This document shows positions 1 to 8,333 of a DNA stretch of 39,378 nt, piece by piece. The position numbers and the translations under genes were made by a program. The notes beneath the pieces were generated by a model. That model ran no database searches. It saw only the letters and a program-made list of their open reading frames with translations, and was not told the origin of the DNA. Source of the DNA: a virus; IMG/VR virus record IMGVR_UViG_3300045988_107209, positions 1-39,378 of that record; one strand, written 5' to 3'. Within the stretch, counting starts at the first letter, position 1. The number at the start of each line of letters is the position of its first letter.

Positions 1-55
1 GTAATTAATGTTCTTGGCTTGCAGCCTTATTTGGATAACCTGATCAAGCTGCGTA
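1..55. repeat. 55-bp terminal direct repeat, identical to 39324..39378. Assembly overlap indicating a circular or circularly permuted genome of about 39323 bp.
   Basis: Direct comparison: gtaattaatgttcttggcttgcagccttatttggataacctgatcaagctgcgta occurs at both ends. Confidence 0.95.
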
Positions 56-72
56 GCACAAGAAGGATATAA
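1..72 (+). CDS. 3' end of the wrap-around ORF that starts at 39129. Small HTH-like DNA-binding protein, 89 aa in total.
   Basis: The reading frame from ATG 39129 continues through the overlap and stops at TAA 70..72. It contains the HTH-like stretch ITQGDLAEIIGCCSATVKTELNKLGV. Confidence 0.6.
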   Translation, partial: VINVLGLQPYLDNLIKLRSTRRI

Positions 73-99
73 AAAAGACCACTTATTAGGAAAGTGGCC
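71..99 (-). terminator. Rho-independent terminator oriented for leftward (minus-strand) transcription.
   Basis: Minus strand reads GGCCACTT-TCCTAAT-AAGTGGTC followed by TTTTTT. On the plus strand no T-run follows the hairpin. Confidence 0.45.
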
Positions 100-133
100 A
101 ATCAAAAATTAACAACTAAATTATAAACAAATA

Positions 134-153
134 ACTCAAATCTTGCAACCTGG
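134..153. repeat. Left arm of inverted repeat A (actcaaatcttgcaacctgg).
   Basis: Reverse complement of 358..377 with 18/20 matches. Both mismatches would be G-U pairs in a plus-strand RNA. Confidence 0.9.
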
Positions 154-192
154 GTATTGCCGTAAGTGACGGGGTCTGCTAAAAAAAGGATC

Positions 193-221
193 ATTATTTT
201 CATAATAGACCGATATCTCAA
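193..221 (-). promoter_or_regulatory. Sigma-70-like promoter on the minus strand (TTGAGA-N17-AATAAT).
   Basis: -35 at 221..216, 17-nt spacer, -10 at 198..193. It lies inside the segment bracketed by inverted repeat A. Confidence 0.35.
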
Positions 222-357
222 TACCTTCTTAAAAAATTGTCATAAATAATGCAAGCACGTCAGAAAAAAATCCATAATTGTAACTCGTAAAACTTCCTAA
301 GATAAAGCAAAAAAACACGTTTTAATTTGGGCATAAATAATCAGCAGACTGTGATAT

Positions 358-377
358 CCAGGTTGCAGGGTTTGAGT
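358..377. repeat. Right arm of inverted repeat A (ccaggttgcagggtttgagt).
   Basis: Pairs with 134..153. It ends 10 nt before the AAGGAG RBS of the early operon. Confidence 0.9.
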
Positions 378-434
378 AACAGATAAAAAGGAGAAAATCA
401 AAAATGAAACAATTTGTATTGAAAAAAAGTGGGA

Positions 435-1199
435 ATGAATTCGATGATGAGTCGAAAAAAATATAATGCAATGAATGACAAGCTTAATGAGTTGTTTGAA
501 AAGTTACAAGGCGATGTATCAAAAGAAGAGGGTGATGCAATTATAGAAGAGTTCCAAAATCTCATTAAGAATTGCGGAGCAGCATTTGAATTGAGAGTGA
601 TTCCTGGATTCGATAGTCCGGTTGTAACTGGTGAATCCAAAGCCGGTGCTTTAATCTTTGGAATTACCACAAATATGAAGCCTGATTTAATCACTGAATG
701 TTTCAAAGCGTGTACGCAGGCTTTTTCCAAAGAGCTTGAAAGACAAATCAACATGAACAAAGTCGATCATCAGATTTATCAATCAGGAGGAAATATCAAT
801 ATGGAAAGTAAATGTTATTACGAAAAGTTAGATCTAAGTGAAGAAGAATCTCAAAAGAGAAATTGCGAGATTCATGAAATCATAAATAGGTTCAAAACAT
901 TGGAGTCAGACATGGCCAATACTACGAATATCTTAGAAAAAGTTCGTTTAAATTCGGAGTTTATAAAATATTTGGAATCTTTAGGTCCGGCATATGAATT
1001 ATCGGTATCGGCCACACAAAATATTGATGCCCAGGCAAATCCAAGTGTTGTTGCACTAGGACTTGTAAATGGATTGACCGCAGATCAATTAGGCAAGTGC
1101 TTTGAAAACGCTGTAAATGCATTCAACACTACTCTAGAAAATGAATTCAGAGCTTATCAGGCTTTCAATAAATTAAAAGGTGAACACAATGTCAATTAG
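435..1199 (+). CDS. Hypothetical early protein with an internal two-fold repeat. Start uncertain (the ORF opens at GTG 429).
   Basis: Long ORF. Two related segments: ...ITECFKACTQAFSKELE and ...LGKCFENAVNAFNTTLE. The only strong RBS (388..393) serves ATG 404, which is in another frame. Confidence 0.65.
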   Translation: MNSMMSRKKYNAMNDKLNELFEKLQGDVSKEEGDAIIEEFQNLIKNCGAAFELRVIPGFDSPVVTGESKAGALIFGITTNMKPDLITECFKACTQAFSKELERQINMNKVDHQIYQSGGNINMESKCYYEKLDLSEEESQKRNCEIHEIINRFKTLESDMANTTNILEKVRLNSEFIKYLESLGPAYELSVSATQNIDAQANPSVVALGLVNGLTADQLGKCFENAVNAFNTTLENEFRAYQAFNKLKGEHNVN

Positions 1200-1452
1200 A
1201 GCTAGAAAATACAACGTAGAACTTCATGAATATGAAGACATTCTTCTTCCTGATGAATGTAGAACGTATGAAGATGATATGGAAAAGATGGTGCCATGTG
1301 CACAATGTGGAAGAATGTTCAGATTTGGTGAGATGTACACCTCAAGAGAAGTACATACTGCATATGGATTTGGATTTGCAGTCTGTGCAGAATGTTACGA
1401 TGGCGAAACGGACAGATTTCTAAAAGAACATGAACCATCCAAGGAGGAATAG
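1189..1452 (+). CDS. Small zinc-ribbon-like protein (CAQCG...CAEC).
   Basis: ATG 1189 preceded by AAAGGTG. Two CxxC pairs. Confidence 0.7.
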   Translation: MSIRARKYNVELHEYEDILLPDECRTYEDDMEKMVPCAQCGRMFRFGEMYTSREVHTAYGFGFAVCAECYDGETDRFLKEHEPSKEE

Positions 1453-1454
1453 CG

Positions 1455-1568
1455 ATGCCATTCTTTAAGGATATCGACGATTGGAGAGAATGGAACGACA
1501 ACCGTTATATAGATGATTCTGGTGAACCAGAAGAAGAAAAAGAGGATGAATCAAATGAAGATGAATAA
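1455..1568 (+). CDS. Small acidic protein (37 aa).
   Basis: Strong RBS AAGGAGG 7 nt upstream of ATG 1455. Below the ORF-track length cutoff. Confidence 0.5.
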   Translation: MPFFKDIDDWREWNDNRYIDDSGEPEEEKEDESNEDE

Positions 1569-2493
1569 AGTAATCAAACATAAGTTGCCAGCTACTCATG
1601 AAGAGTGGCTGGACAATCGTCTAAAGGGAATCGGTGGCTCTGATGCCGGTTCTGTTCTAGGCATGAATAAATACAAATCAGCTTACGCATTGTGGTGTGA
1701 GAAAACAGGTCGTATCCATAAAAATATCGACAATGAGCGTATGCGATTTGGCCGAGATATGGAGGATTATGTAGCAAAAAGATGGGAAGAAGAAACCGGC
1801 AAGAAATGCCGAAAGAGTGGATTTTCATTCCAATCTGTAGATCATCCATTCATGTTGGCCAACGTTGACCGCTTAGTTGTTGGTGAGGATGCAGGTCTCG
1901 AAATCAAGACCACGTCTGAATACAACAAGGATATATATTCGAAAGGAAACATTCCACCTCAGTATTATGCACAGTGTATGCATTATATGGCAGTTACCGG
2001 TCTTTCTAAGTGGTATATAGCTATTTATATTCCAGGAGTTGACTTGTACTGCTATGAAGTCCTTAGAAGCGATGATGAAGTCAATGCACTGATCGAGCAG
2101 GAGAAAGAGTTCTGGAACTGTGTGGAGAATGACATTGAACCGCCAATCGATGGGTCGGATTCCACTGCACAAGCAATCAGCGAATTACATCCAGTAGAAA
2201 ATGATGAAGACAACATTGTGGATCTAACTCCATTGCAGCAGGAACTGGATGCATTGAAGCTTGTCAAAGATAAAATCAAGGAGCTTCAGGATATTCAGAA
2301 AAAGCATGAGAATGAAGTTAAAAATTACTTAGGTGATTCTGGTATTGGAACATCTGACAAGTTCAAAGTTACATGGAAAACATCGATATCAAATACATTC
2401 GATACTAAAGAATTCAGAAAAGATGAGCCTGAACTTTATGATCAATATTTAACGCAAAGAAAAATGAGAAGATTTTTAGTCAAAGAACAGTAG
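1555..2493 (+). CDS. YqaJ/lambda-Exo-like recombination exonuclease.
   Basis: Motif GIGGSDAGSVLGMNKYKSAYALWCEKTG. Lies immediately upstream of recT. The start could be 1546, 1555 or 1561. Confidence 0.85.
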   Translation: MKMNKVIKHKLPATHEEWLDNRLKGIGGSDAGSVLGMNKYKSAYALWCEKTGRIHKNIDNERMRFGRDMEDYVAKRWEEETGKKCRKSGFSFQSVDHPFMLANVDRLVVGEDAGLEIKTTSEYNKDIYSKGNIPPQYYAQCMHYMAVTGLSKWYIAIYIPGVDLYCYEVLRSDDEVNALIEQEKEFWNCVENDIEPPIDGSDSTAQAISELHPVENDEDNIVDLTPLQQELDALKLVKDKIKELQDIQKKHENEVKNYLGDSGIGTSDKFKVTWKTSISNTFDTKEFRKDEPELYDQYLTQRKMRRFLVKEQ

Positions 2494-2507
2494 GAGGATA
2501 AATACAT

Positions 2508-3314
2508 ATGACAACAACAAATCAACAAGGAATGATTGCAAAGACGCAGTCAAACACTGTGGCCAAAAAGCAATCAAAGACCATCAAGGAGTATATCTCA
2601 GTGATGTCAGGAGAAATCGCGAAGGCATTGCCTAGTGTAATGACTCCAGAACGATTCACACGAATCGCATTATCTGCAGTATCTAATAATGCCAAGCTAG
2701 CATCATGTACTCCACAGTCATTCTTGGCTGCAATGATGAATGCAGCACAATTAGGATTGGAACCTAACACTCCGTTAGGACAAGCCTATTTGATTCCGTA
2801 TGGTGGAGCTTGTCAGTTCCAGATTGGCTACAAGGGATTGATTGACCTGGCATATCGTTCAGGCGAAGTCAAGATGATTGATGCTCAAGTTGTTTATGAA
2901 AATGATGAGTTTGAGTATGAGCTTGGAATGGATCCGGTGCTTAAACATAAACCTGCAAGAACAAATCGAGGCAAGCCAATCTATTATTATGCAACGTTCA
3001 AATTAGTGAATGGTGGCCAAGGATTCCAGGTCATGTCGTATGAAGATGTTCTTGATCATGCGAAAAAATATTCTAAGTCATATAGCAGCGGCCCATGGGA
3101 AACAAACTTTGATGAAATGGCCAAGAAGACAGTTTTGAAGAAGCTGCTTAAATATGCACCATTAAAAACTGAATTCGTTAAGCAGGTGAATACAGATGAA
3201 TCAATCAAGACAACGATTAAAGAAGATATGACAGAAGTTCCAAATGAATTCTTTGATGCAGAATATCAGGAACAACCTGGTGAAGATCCAGTGACCGGAG
3301 AAATCAAAGAATAA
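2508..3314 (+). CDS. recT: RecT-family single-strand annealing recombinase.
   Basis: PQSFLAAMMNAAQLGLEPNTPLGQAYLIPYG and downstream RecT-like core. Paired with the exonuclease gene. Confidence 0.9.
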   Translation: MTTTNQQGMIAKTQSNTVAKKQSKTIKEYISVMSGEIAKALPSVMTPERFTRIALSAVSNNAKLASCTPQSFLAAMMNAAQLGLEPNTPLGQAYLIPYGGACQFQIGYKGLIDLAYRSGEVKMIDAQVVYENDEFEYELGMDPVLKHKPARTNRGKPIYYYATFKLVNGGQGFQVMSYEDVLDHAKKYSKSYSSGPWETNFDEMAKKTVLKKLLKYAPLKTEFVKQVNTDESIKTTIKEDMTEVPNEFFDAEYQEQPGEDPVTGEIKE

Positions 3315-3745
3315 TGCGTTATCAGTTTGTAGTACCAGGAGAACCTGGGTCCAAAGGAAGGCCTCGATTCTCTAATCGTGGTAAGTATGTAAGTGTGCAT
3401 ACACCACCTAAAACAGTTGAATATGAGAATCTAGTACGATTAAGCTTCATGGAACAGTGTGGCACTCCAAGCATGCTGGAAGGGTCCCTGGAAGTGAAGA
3501 TTTTCGCGTATTTCTCACCACCTAAGAAAGTATCAAAAGTGAAACTAAATAAGATGCTTGCAAATGAAATCCAACCACAAAAGAAGCCAGATTCCGACAA
3601 CATTGCAAAGGTTGTACTGGACTCCTTAAATAAAGTGGCTTTCGAAGATGATAAGCAAGTATCAGACCTGCATGTCTTCAAGAGATATGCACAGAAACCA
3701 TGCGTAATGGTAGTTATAAATGAAATAGAACCAGAAGAAGAATAG
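3314..3745 (+). CDS. rusA: RusA-family Holliday junction resolvase.
   Basis: GEPGSKGRPRF ... KPDSDNIAKVVLDSLNKVAFEDDKQV. Confidence 0.85.
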   Translation: MRYQFVVPGEPGSKGRPRFSNRGKYVSVHTPPKTVEYENLVRLSFMEQCGTPSMLEGSLEVKIFAYFSPPKKVSKVKLNKMLANEIQPQKKPDSDNIAKVVLDSLNKVAFEDDKQVSDLHVFKRYAQKPCVMVVINEIEPEEE

Positions 3746-3757
3746 AAAGGATTGCAT

Positions 3758-4711
3758 ATGTCGGAAATCAAGGATAATAGCAAAGTTTATTATTGGATCA
3801 AGTTGAAGACTGATTTTTTCGAAAGTGACGCAATCGATTTTCTTTTATCCCAGGAAGACGGATGTAAATACGTAACCCTATACATAAAATTGTGCACCAT
3901 GACATCAAATACAGATGGTGTTTTAGCTACAAAAATTGGCAATATATTAGTTCCATACACTGTCGATAAAATTGCACGTGACACAAAGTTTTTTTCCGCA
4001 GACACAGTCAGAGCGGCCCTTGAATTATTCCAGAATTTAAGACTGATTGTATCTGAGAACAATGTGATGAAGATTGCAAATTATGAATCGATGATTGGAT
4101 CGGAAACCGGATGGGCACAAAAAAAGCGATTGTATCGTGAAAATAAGAAGAAAAATCCGTCTGAAAAAAGCTCAAAAAAAGGCTCAAAAAACACTCGAAA
4201 AACGAGCTCAAAAACAGAAAAAAAATCGAAGGACAAAGTAGAGGACATTGTCCAGGACAAAAAAAGGACATTGTCCGATAAGAGATTAGAGTCTAGAGTC
4301 AAGAGTCTAGAGTCTAGAAATAAGTCAGTCAGTAGTCAGAAGTTAGATAGTGTGGCTGCGTCAAAAAGTGCAACAAACGAAAATGTGCAGACTGACTGGA
4401 CTGACTGTTTTGTTAAACCGTCCATTTCAGAAATCGTGGACTACATCCAGGAACACAACTTGAACGTAGATGCCAAAAAGTTTTGGAAACACTACGAATC
4501 CACCGGATGGAAGACAGGTAACGATCCTATCAGGGACTGGAGAGGGCTTTTGAAGAAATGGAGCAAAGCGGAACGTGAAGAAGACAATCCAGGAACCGGA
4601 GCAATCCAACTGGATGAGAAATTCTACGCTAAACCAGTCCAGGTGTCAGAAGAGCAACTGCAAAGCGAATTAGCGCAGCTGCAGGAAAAAATCAAAAATG
4701 GAGAACTGTGA
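3758..4711 (+). CDS. Phage replisome organizer with a DnaD-like C-terminal domain.
   Basis: N-terminus YYWIKLKTDFFESDAIDFLL. Lys/Ser-rich linker. C-terminus IVDYIQEHNLNVDAKKFWKHYESTGWK. Confidence 0.8.
   Translation: MSEIKDNSKVYYWIKLKTDFFESDAIDFLLSQEDGCKYVTLYIKLCTMTSNTDGVLATKIGNILVPYTVDKIARDTKFFSADTVRAALELFQNLRLIVSENNVMKIANYESMIGSETGWAQKKRLYRENKKKNPSEKSSKKGSKNTRKTSSKTEKKSKDKVEDIVQDKKRTLSDKRLESRVKSLESRNKSVSSQKLDSVAASKSATNENVQTDWTDCFVKPSISEIVDYIQEHNLNVDAKKFWKHYESTGWKTGNDPIRDWRGLLKKWSKAEREEDNPGTGAIQLDEKFYAKPVQVSEEQLQSELAQLQEKIKNGEL
4150..4400. promoter_or_regulatory. Putative origin of replication embedded in the organizer gene.
   Basis: Phased A-tracts with ~11-nt period (GCTCAAAAA x4). Palindrome GGACATTGTCC twice (4243..4253 and 4266..4276). 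AGAGTCT, GTCAGTCAG and GACTGACTG repeats. Confidence 0.55.
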
Positions 4712-4713
4712 AA

Positions 4714-5250
4714 ATGAAAACTAAAAAACAAACCGAAAAACAAGAACTCAAATACGCTCCTGGCGATAAAGTCGTTTATCACTGTGCAGGAACAGACCAA
4801 TCAGGAACCATCATGTACGTTGACGATACGGACAAAGTAGCACCATACCGAATCGGTGGCATGAATATTCGTGAATCGGATATCGTGGAAAAGGTCATGA
4901 AGAAATGTGGCAGACCGCCCAAAAAGCAAGTGGAAGCTAAAGTCGAAGTTGTGGCCAAAGAGGAGGTTGTAGTCAATGCTGAACCTAAGCAGAAACCAGA
5001 AGAAACTCAGGTGGTTGAATCCATCCAGGAAGAAGAACCACTTCAGCAACCATCGTCAAACCAGGTTCACGAAGAAGAAACGGAAGTTGAGCCAACGCTT
5101 GTTGAGAAATACCAAGCTTTCAAGAGCACGATCAACATGGCGGAATTCAACGACCTAGTCGACTTGGTTACTGCTGACACGAAAAAGATGCGTCAGATGA
5201 TGACCGAATCTATGCAGGCAATCGCGAATGATTGCGGATTGAAAGCGTGA
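4714..5250 (+). CDS. Hypothetical protein with an acidic, Glu/Val-rich centre.
   Basis: ORF with GGAGA upstream. No recognised family. Confidence 0.7.
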   Translation: MKTKKQTEKQELKYAPGDKVVYHCAGTDQSGTIMYVDDTDKVAPYRIGGMNIRESDIVEKVMKKCGRPPKKQVEAKVEVVAKEEVVVNAEPKQKPEETQVVESIQEEEPLQQPSSNQVHEEETEVEPTLVEKYQAFKSTINMAEFNDLVDLVTADTKKMRQMMTESMQAIANDCGLKA

Positions 5251-5254
5251 GCCT

Positions 5255-5764
5255 ATGCAGGATATCAACAGAGTGGTTCTGATTGGCCGATTGACACGTG
5301 ATCCAGAGCTCAGAAAGACGCAAAATGGAACAAGCGTGTGTTCATTTACCTTGGCAGTCAATCGGAGACAGAATCAGGACGGAACACAAGATGCCGACTT
5401 CATCAACTGCGTTGCATGGAATAAGCTGGCCGACAACATCCAACTGTACCAGAAGAAAGGCAATCAGCTAGGAGTTGAAGGCCGAATCAATACACGCTCA
5501 TACGACAACCAGCAAGGACAGAAAGTCTATGTCACAGAAGTTGTTGCAGAGAACGTGCAGTTTTTGACACCTAGAAATGATTTTAACGAGCAAAACACTC
5601 TAGGAGTTACAAATACCTATGGCACTCAAAATTACGCTCAGAATCAATCGTATGGAGCTCAGACAAGGAATCACAATCAATCGAATGTGCAGTATGCGCA
5701 AAGCTTGACTCAACAAGCCGAAGTTGATGCTCTTGAGATTGCATCGGACGACTTGCCTTTCTGA
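5255..5764 (+). CDS. ssb: Single-stranded DNA-binding protein.
   Basis: OB-fold N-terminus [37 protein letters not shown]-rich linker, acidic tail DDLPF. Confidence 0.95.
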   Translation: MQDINRVVLIGRLTRDPELRKTQNGTSVCSFTLAVNRRQNQDGTQDADFINCVAWNKLADNIQLYQKKGNQLGVEGRINTRSYDNQQGQKVYVTEVVAENVQFLTPRNDFNEQNTLGVTNTYGTQNYAQNQSYGAQTRNHNQSNVQYAQSLTQQAEVDALEIASDDLPF

Positions 5765-5799
5765 TGAAGAATGGCGAAGTTTTAAAGGAGAAATCGAGA

Positions 5800-6183
5800 A
5801 TGATGATTTTTGACTGTATAAAGATGCCGACCATCTACGTGAGAGATTACTGCACGAAATGCATTCACATGGTCGGAACAAACGAACACGACAGATTGTA
5901 CCTGGATGATGATGGACACATCCAGTACTTCAACCTGCAGAATGGCTGCGGAACTCCAGATGAATATGATTTCGTTCTAGATCCAGAAGGACATGACCAG
6001 AATAACCTTCCATTCACTGAAGAAGAACAGATCATGTATGGCCTAAGCAATATGGATGCATATTTTGGCGGAGTGGATCTAAAAAAGCATAAAGCCTTAC
6101 TGAAAGAGCAGAGAAAACAAAACGAAGAACTGCCCAAAACACTTGAATGGATTTCTTCAAAAGACGACAAGGAGGAAAAGTAA
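5800..6183 (+). CDS. Hypothetical protein.
   Basis: AAGGAG RBS before ATG 5800. The ORF is open from 5764. Confidence 0.65.
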   Translation: MMIFDCIKMPTIYVRDYCTKCIHMVGTNEHDRLYLDDDGHIQYFNLQNGCGTPDEYDFVLDPEGHDQNNLPFTEEEQIMYGLSNMDAYFGGVDLKKHKALLKEQRKQNEELPKTLEWISSKDDKEEK

Positions 6184-6203
6184 TGAAAGACTCATAACTA
6201 CGC

Positions 6204-6368
6204 ATGATTGAGACAATGCTAAAGAAACAAGATGAGCTGAATTCGGCCATCATGAAAGAGTTTGGTTTGACTACAATTTCAAAGGAACAAATCGACATGG
6301 CCACACTCGACGAGATTGGTGAATTCACTCATGAACTCAAAGGTGACTGGTGCTGGTGGAAGAAGTAG
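6204..6368 (+). pseudogene. N-terminal fragment (54 aa) of a dimeric dUTPase / all-alpha NTP-pyrophosphatase-like gene.
   Basis: MIETMLKKQDELNSAI...LDEIGEFTHELKGDWCWWKK then a stop. Full-length family members are about 160 aa. Confidence 0.45.
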
Positions 6369-6446
6369 TTGTTTTGCAGGTAATGATTTTAGAAAAAGGA
6401 TTTTTGGTTGAATACTTACCGAAGTACATTTATAAGGAGAGTTTAA

Positions 6447-6533
6447 ATGATTGAATTAATTATGTGCCATTTGATTGGCGATTATGTATTGCAAGTAGAT
6501 TTTATTGCAAAGTCAAAAGGAGAAATAAAATGA
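6447..6533 (+). pseudogene. 28-aa N-terminal fragment of a DUF3307-like membrane protein.
   Basis: MIELIMCHLIGDYVLQVDFIAKSK matches the HLIGDYxLQ N-terminal signature. AAGGAG RBS present. Stop overlaps the next start (ATGA). Confidence 0.4.
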
Positions 6534-6913
6534 CTGATTATGTATTTGAAGTAATGAAACAATTTCTGGAATCGTTCATCAATTACAACAACGAGCTTAT
6601 TTTAATTCCAAAAACAAATTTGTACGTTTGCTTACATGATGTAAATACACCCACAGATTTAAAATTTAAATTGTTAGAATATTGTAGCAGAGAATGTACA
6701 TTCGTAGAGAGATATAGCCAAGAGTGGAGAAATAGAAGGTATCAAGATGATATTTTGTTAAGAATCAACAAATGTTTAGGAACAAATTTCACACAAGAAG
6801 AAATGGAATTAGTTTATGACGTATTAGGCAATGGATGTAATCATAAATTAGCAAAAAGGTTCGTTTCAAGTGGTTACGATATGAAGTTGTTGGAGGAAAA
6901 AGAAAATGAATAA
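6530..6913 (+). CDS. Hypothetical protein.
   Basis: ATG 6530 preceded by AAAGGAG. The track ORF extends upstream without an RBS. Confidence 0.7.
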   Translation: MTDYVFEVMKQFLESFINYNNELILIPKTNLYVCLHDVNTPTDLKFKLLEYCSRECTFVERYSQEWRNRRYQDDILLRINKCLGTNFTQEEMELVYDVLGNGCNHKLAKRFVSSGYDMKLLEEKENE

Positions 6914-7241
6914 ATATCAATATGCGTTCGATAAACTGTTAACTCTAGATTCTCCTGATGTTGAACAAATTGAACAATTGAAAGTGCGTGGCGCAGACTA
7001 TTATCACGAGTTACTTGATACTTTATATGATCTGGTCGAAAAAGAAACGGCAACAACACCTGATATTGAAGGTGATGGATATTACAAAGGAGAGCTTGTG
7101 TATGATACATGGATTTGTCCTCGGTGTGGCACTAGATATGAAATCGATTATGACGAATATGAGTATTGTCCGAAGTGTGGCCAACACATTGATTTAGATA
7201 GCTTAGAACAAGAATGTGAGGATACAGAGGATGAAGAATAA
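6906..7241 (+). CDS. Zinc-ribbon protein (CPRCG...CPKCG).
   Basis: Two CPxCG pairs. Acidic C-terminus. Confidence 0.7.
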   Translation: MNKYQYAFDKLLTLDSPDVEQIEQLKVRGADYYHELLDTLYDLVEKETATTPDIEGDGYYKGELVYDTWICPRCGTRYEIDYDEYEYCPKCGQHIDLDSLEQECEDTEDEE

Positions 7242-7257
7242 AAAGGAGAATGAGTAA

Positions 7258-7554
7258 ATGAGTGGTGGAAGTTATAACTATATGTATTGTCGAATAAATG
7301 ATGAATACGTTGATAGAATGTTTGATTCGCAATTAAATAGCATGATGAAAGATTTAGTTGATGTGCTGCATGATTTAGAGTGGTGGCAATCGTGTGATAG
7401 TAGTGAAGAAAGATATCGCGATACAGTCAGAAAATTCAAAAAGAAATGGTTCAGACAAACTAAGATTGATGTGCAAAAGCAAATTGAATCAGAATTTGAA
7501 CGAACAAAGAATGAATTGTTGAAAGAGTTTGAGTATTTGAAGGATGTGGAATGA
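7258..7554 (+). CDS. Hypothetical protein.
   Basis: ORF with RBS AAAGGAG upstream. Confidence 0.7.
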   Translation: MSGGSYNYMYCRINDEYVDRMFDSQLNSMMKDLVDVLHDLEWWQSCDSSEERYRDTVRKFKKKWFRQTKIDVQKQIESEFERTKNELLKEFEYLKDVE

Positions 7555-7838
7555 TGAAAGTTTTTTTAGTCGAAAACATAAATGACATTCATGATGAATT
7601 TGTAAGAGAAGCATGTGCTCGTTTAGATAGAAAGATATGGGATCTGATAGGGTTTAGTACCAGATTTATTTCTATGGAATCATGCTTAGAACAAATTACG
7701 AATTACATCGTCAAATTAGAACGTGAGAATTTTGGGCTAAAAGAGTATAAGAAACACCAAGAAAAAGCGAACGAGAGAAGATATCGCGGTGGTGAGGAAT
7801 CTTGGCACAGAGGGTCAGCTGTCGCAAAGAAGAAGTAG
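7551..7838 (+). CDS. Hypothetical protein.
   Basis: Start overlaps the preceding stop (ATGA), consistent with translational coupling. Confidence 0.65.
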   Translation: MMKVFLVENINDIHDEFVREACARLDRKIWDLIGFSTRFISMESCLEQITNYIVKLERENFGLKEYKKHQEKANERRYRGGEESWHRGSAVAKKK

Positions 7839-7847
7839 GTGGACAAA

Positions 7848-8276
7848 ATGAACAAATTAAAAGTAAATCAAATGTTGAATGATTTGAAGTCAGCAAATTA
7901 TTGCTGCCATCGAATCATTGAGCTAAACGAGGAACTTGAAGTCCTGAATCATAAAATGCTAGGGCTTAGTCATAATCCAATTAGGTTGACAAAGGAGCAG
8001 GAGAAATCAAATGCTCCTATGCCGACCTTTCATGGCTGTTATACAAGTCCTTTAGGAATGATGGAGGAAGAATCTCAAAAGGTGGCAGAAATCAACTATT
8101 ATCGTAGACGTTTGAATGAATGTAAAGTAATAGAACTTCTATCTTTGCGCGATCAGAATATTTTGTTTGATCTATACTTTTGGAATATGAATGCATGGGA
8201 TGTTGCAGAAAAATATGGTTATACAAAGAACGGAATGTACAAACATATCCGCAGAGAAATTGGTAAATTAGTTTAA
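7848..8276 (+). CDS. Sigma-70 region-4-like (ArpU/RinA-type) late transcription regulator.
   Basis: C-terminal HTH LSLRDQNILFDLYFWNMNAWDVAEKYGYTKNGMYKHIRREIGKL. Located at the end of the early genes. Confidence 0.6.
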   Translation: MNKLKVNQMLNDLKSANYCCHRIIELNEELEVLNHKMLGLSHNPIRLTKEQEKSNAPMPTFHGCYTSPLGMMEEESQKVAEINYYRRRLNECKVIELLSLRDQNILFDLYFWNMNAWDVAEKYGYTKNGMYKHIRREIGKLV

Positions 8277-8333
8277 TTGACGTTGATAATGTTCATATAG
8301 GTATTAGTGTTTAAAAGAAGAGGTGGTACAATA

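Larger units (their letters stand above)
71..186 (-). ncRNA. Candidate small RNA of about 115 nt, defined only by a promoter-like element and a terminator.
   Basis: Minus-strand TTGAGA-N17-AATAAT at 221..193 and the terminator at 99..71. There is no ATG-initiated ORF between them. Confidence 0.25.
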
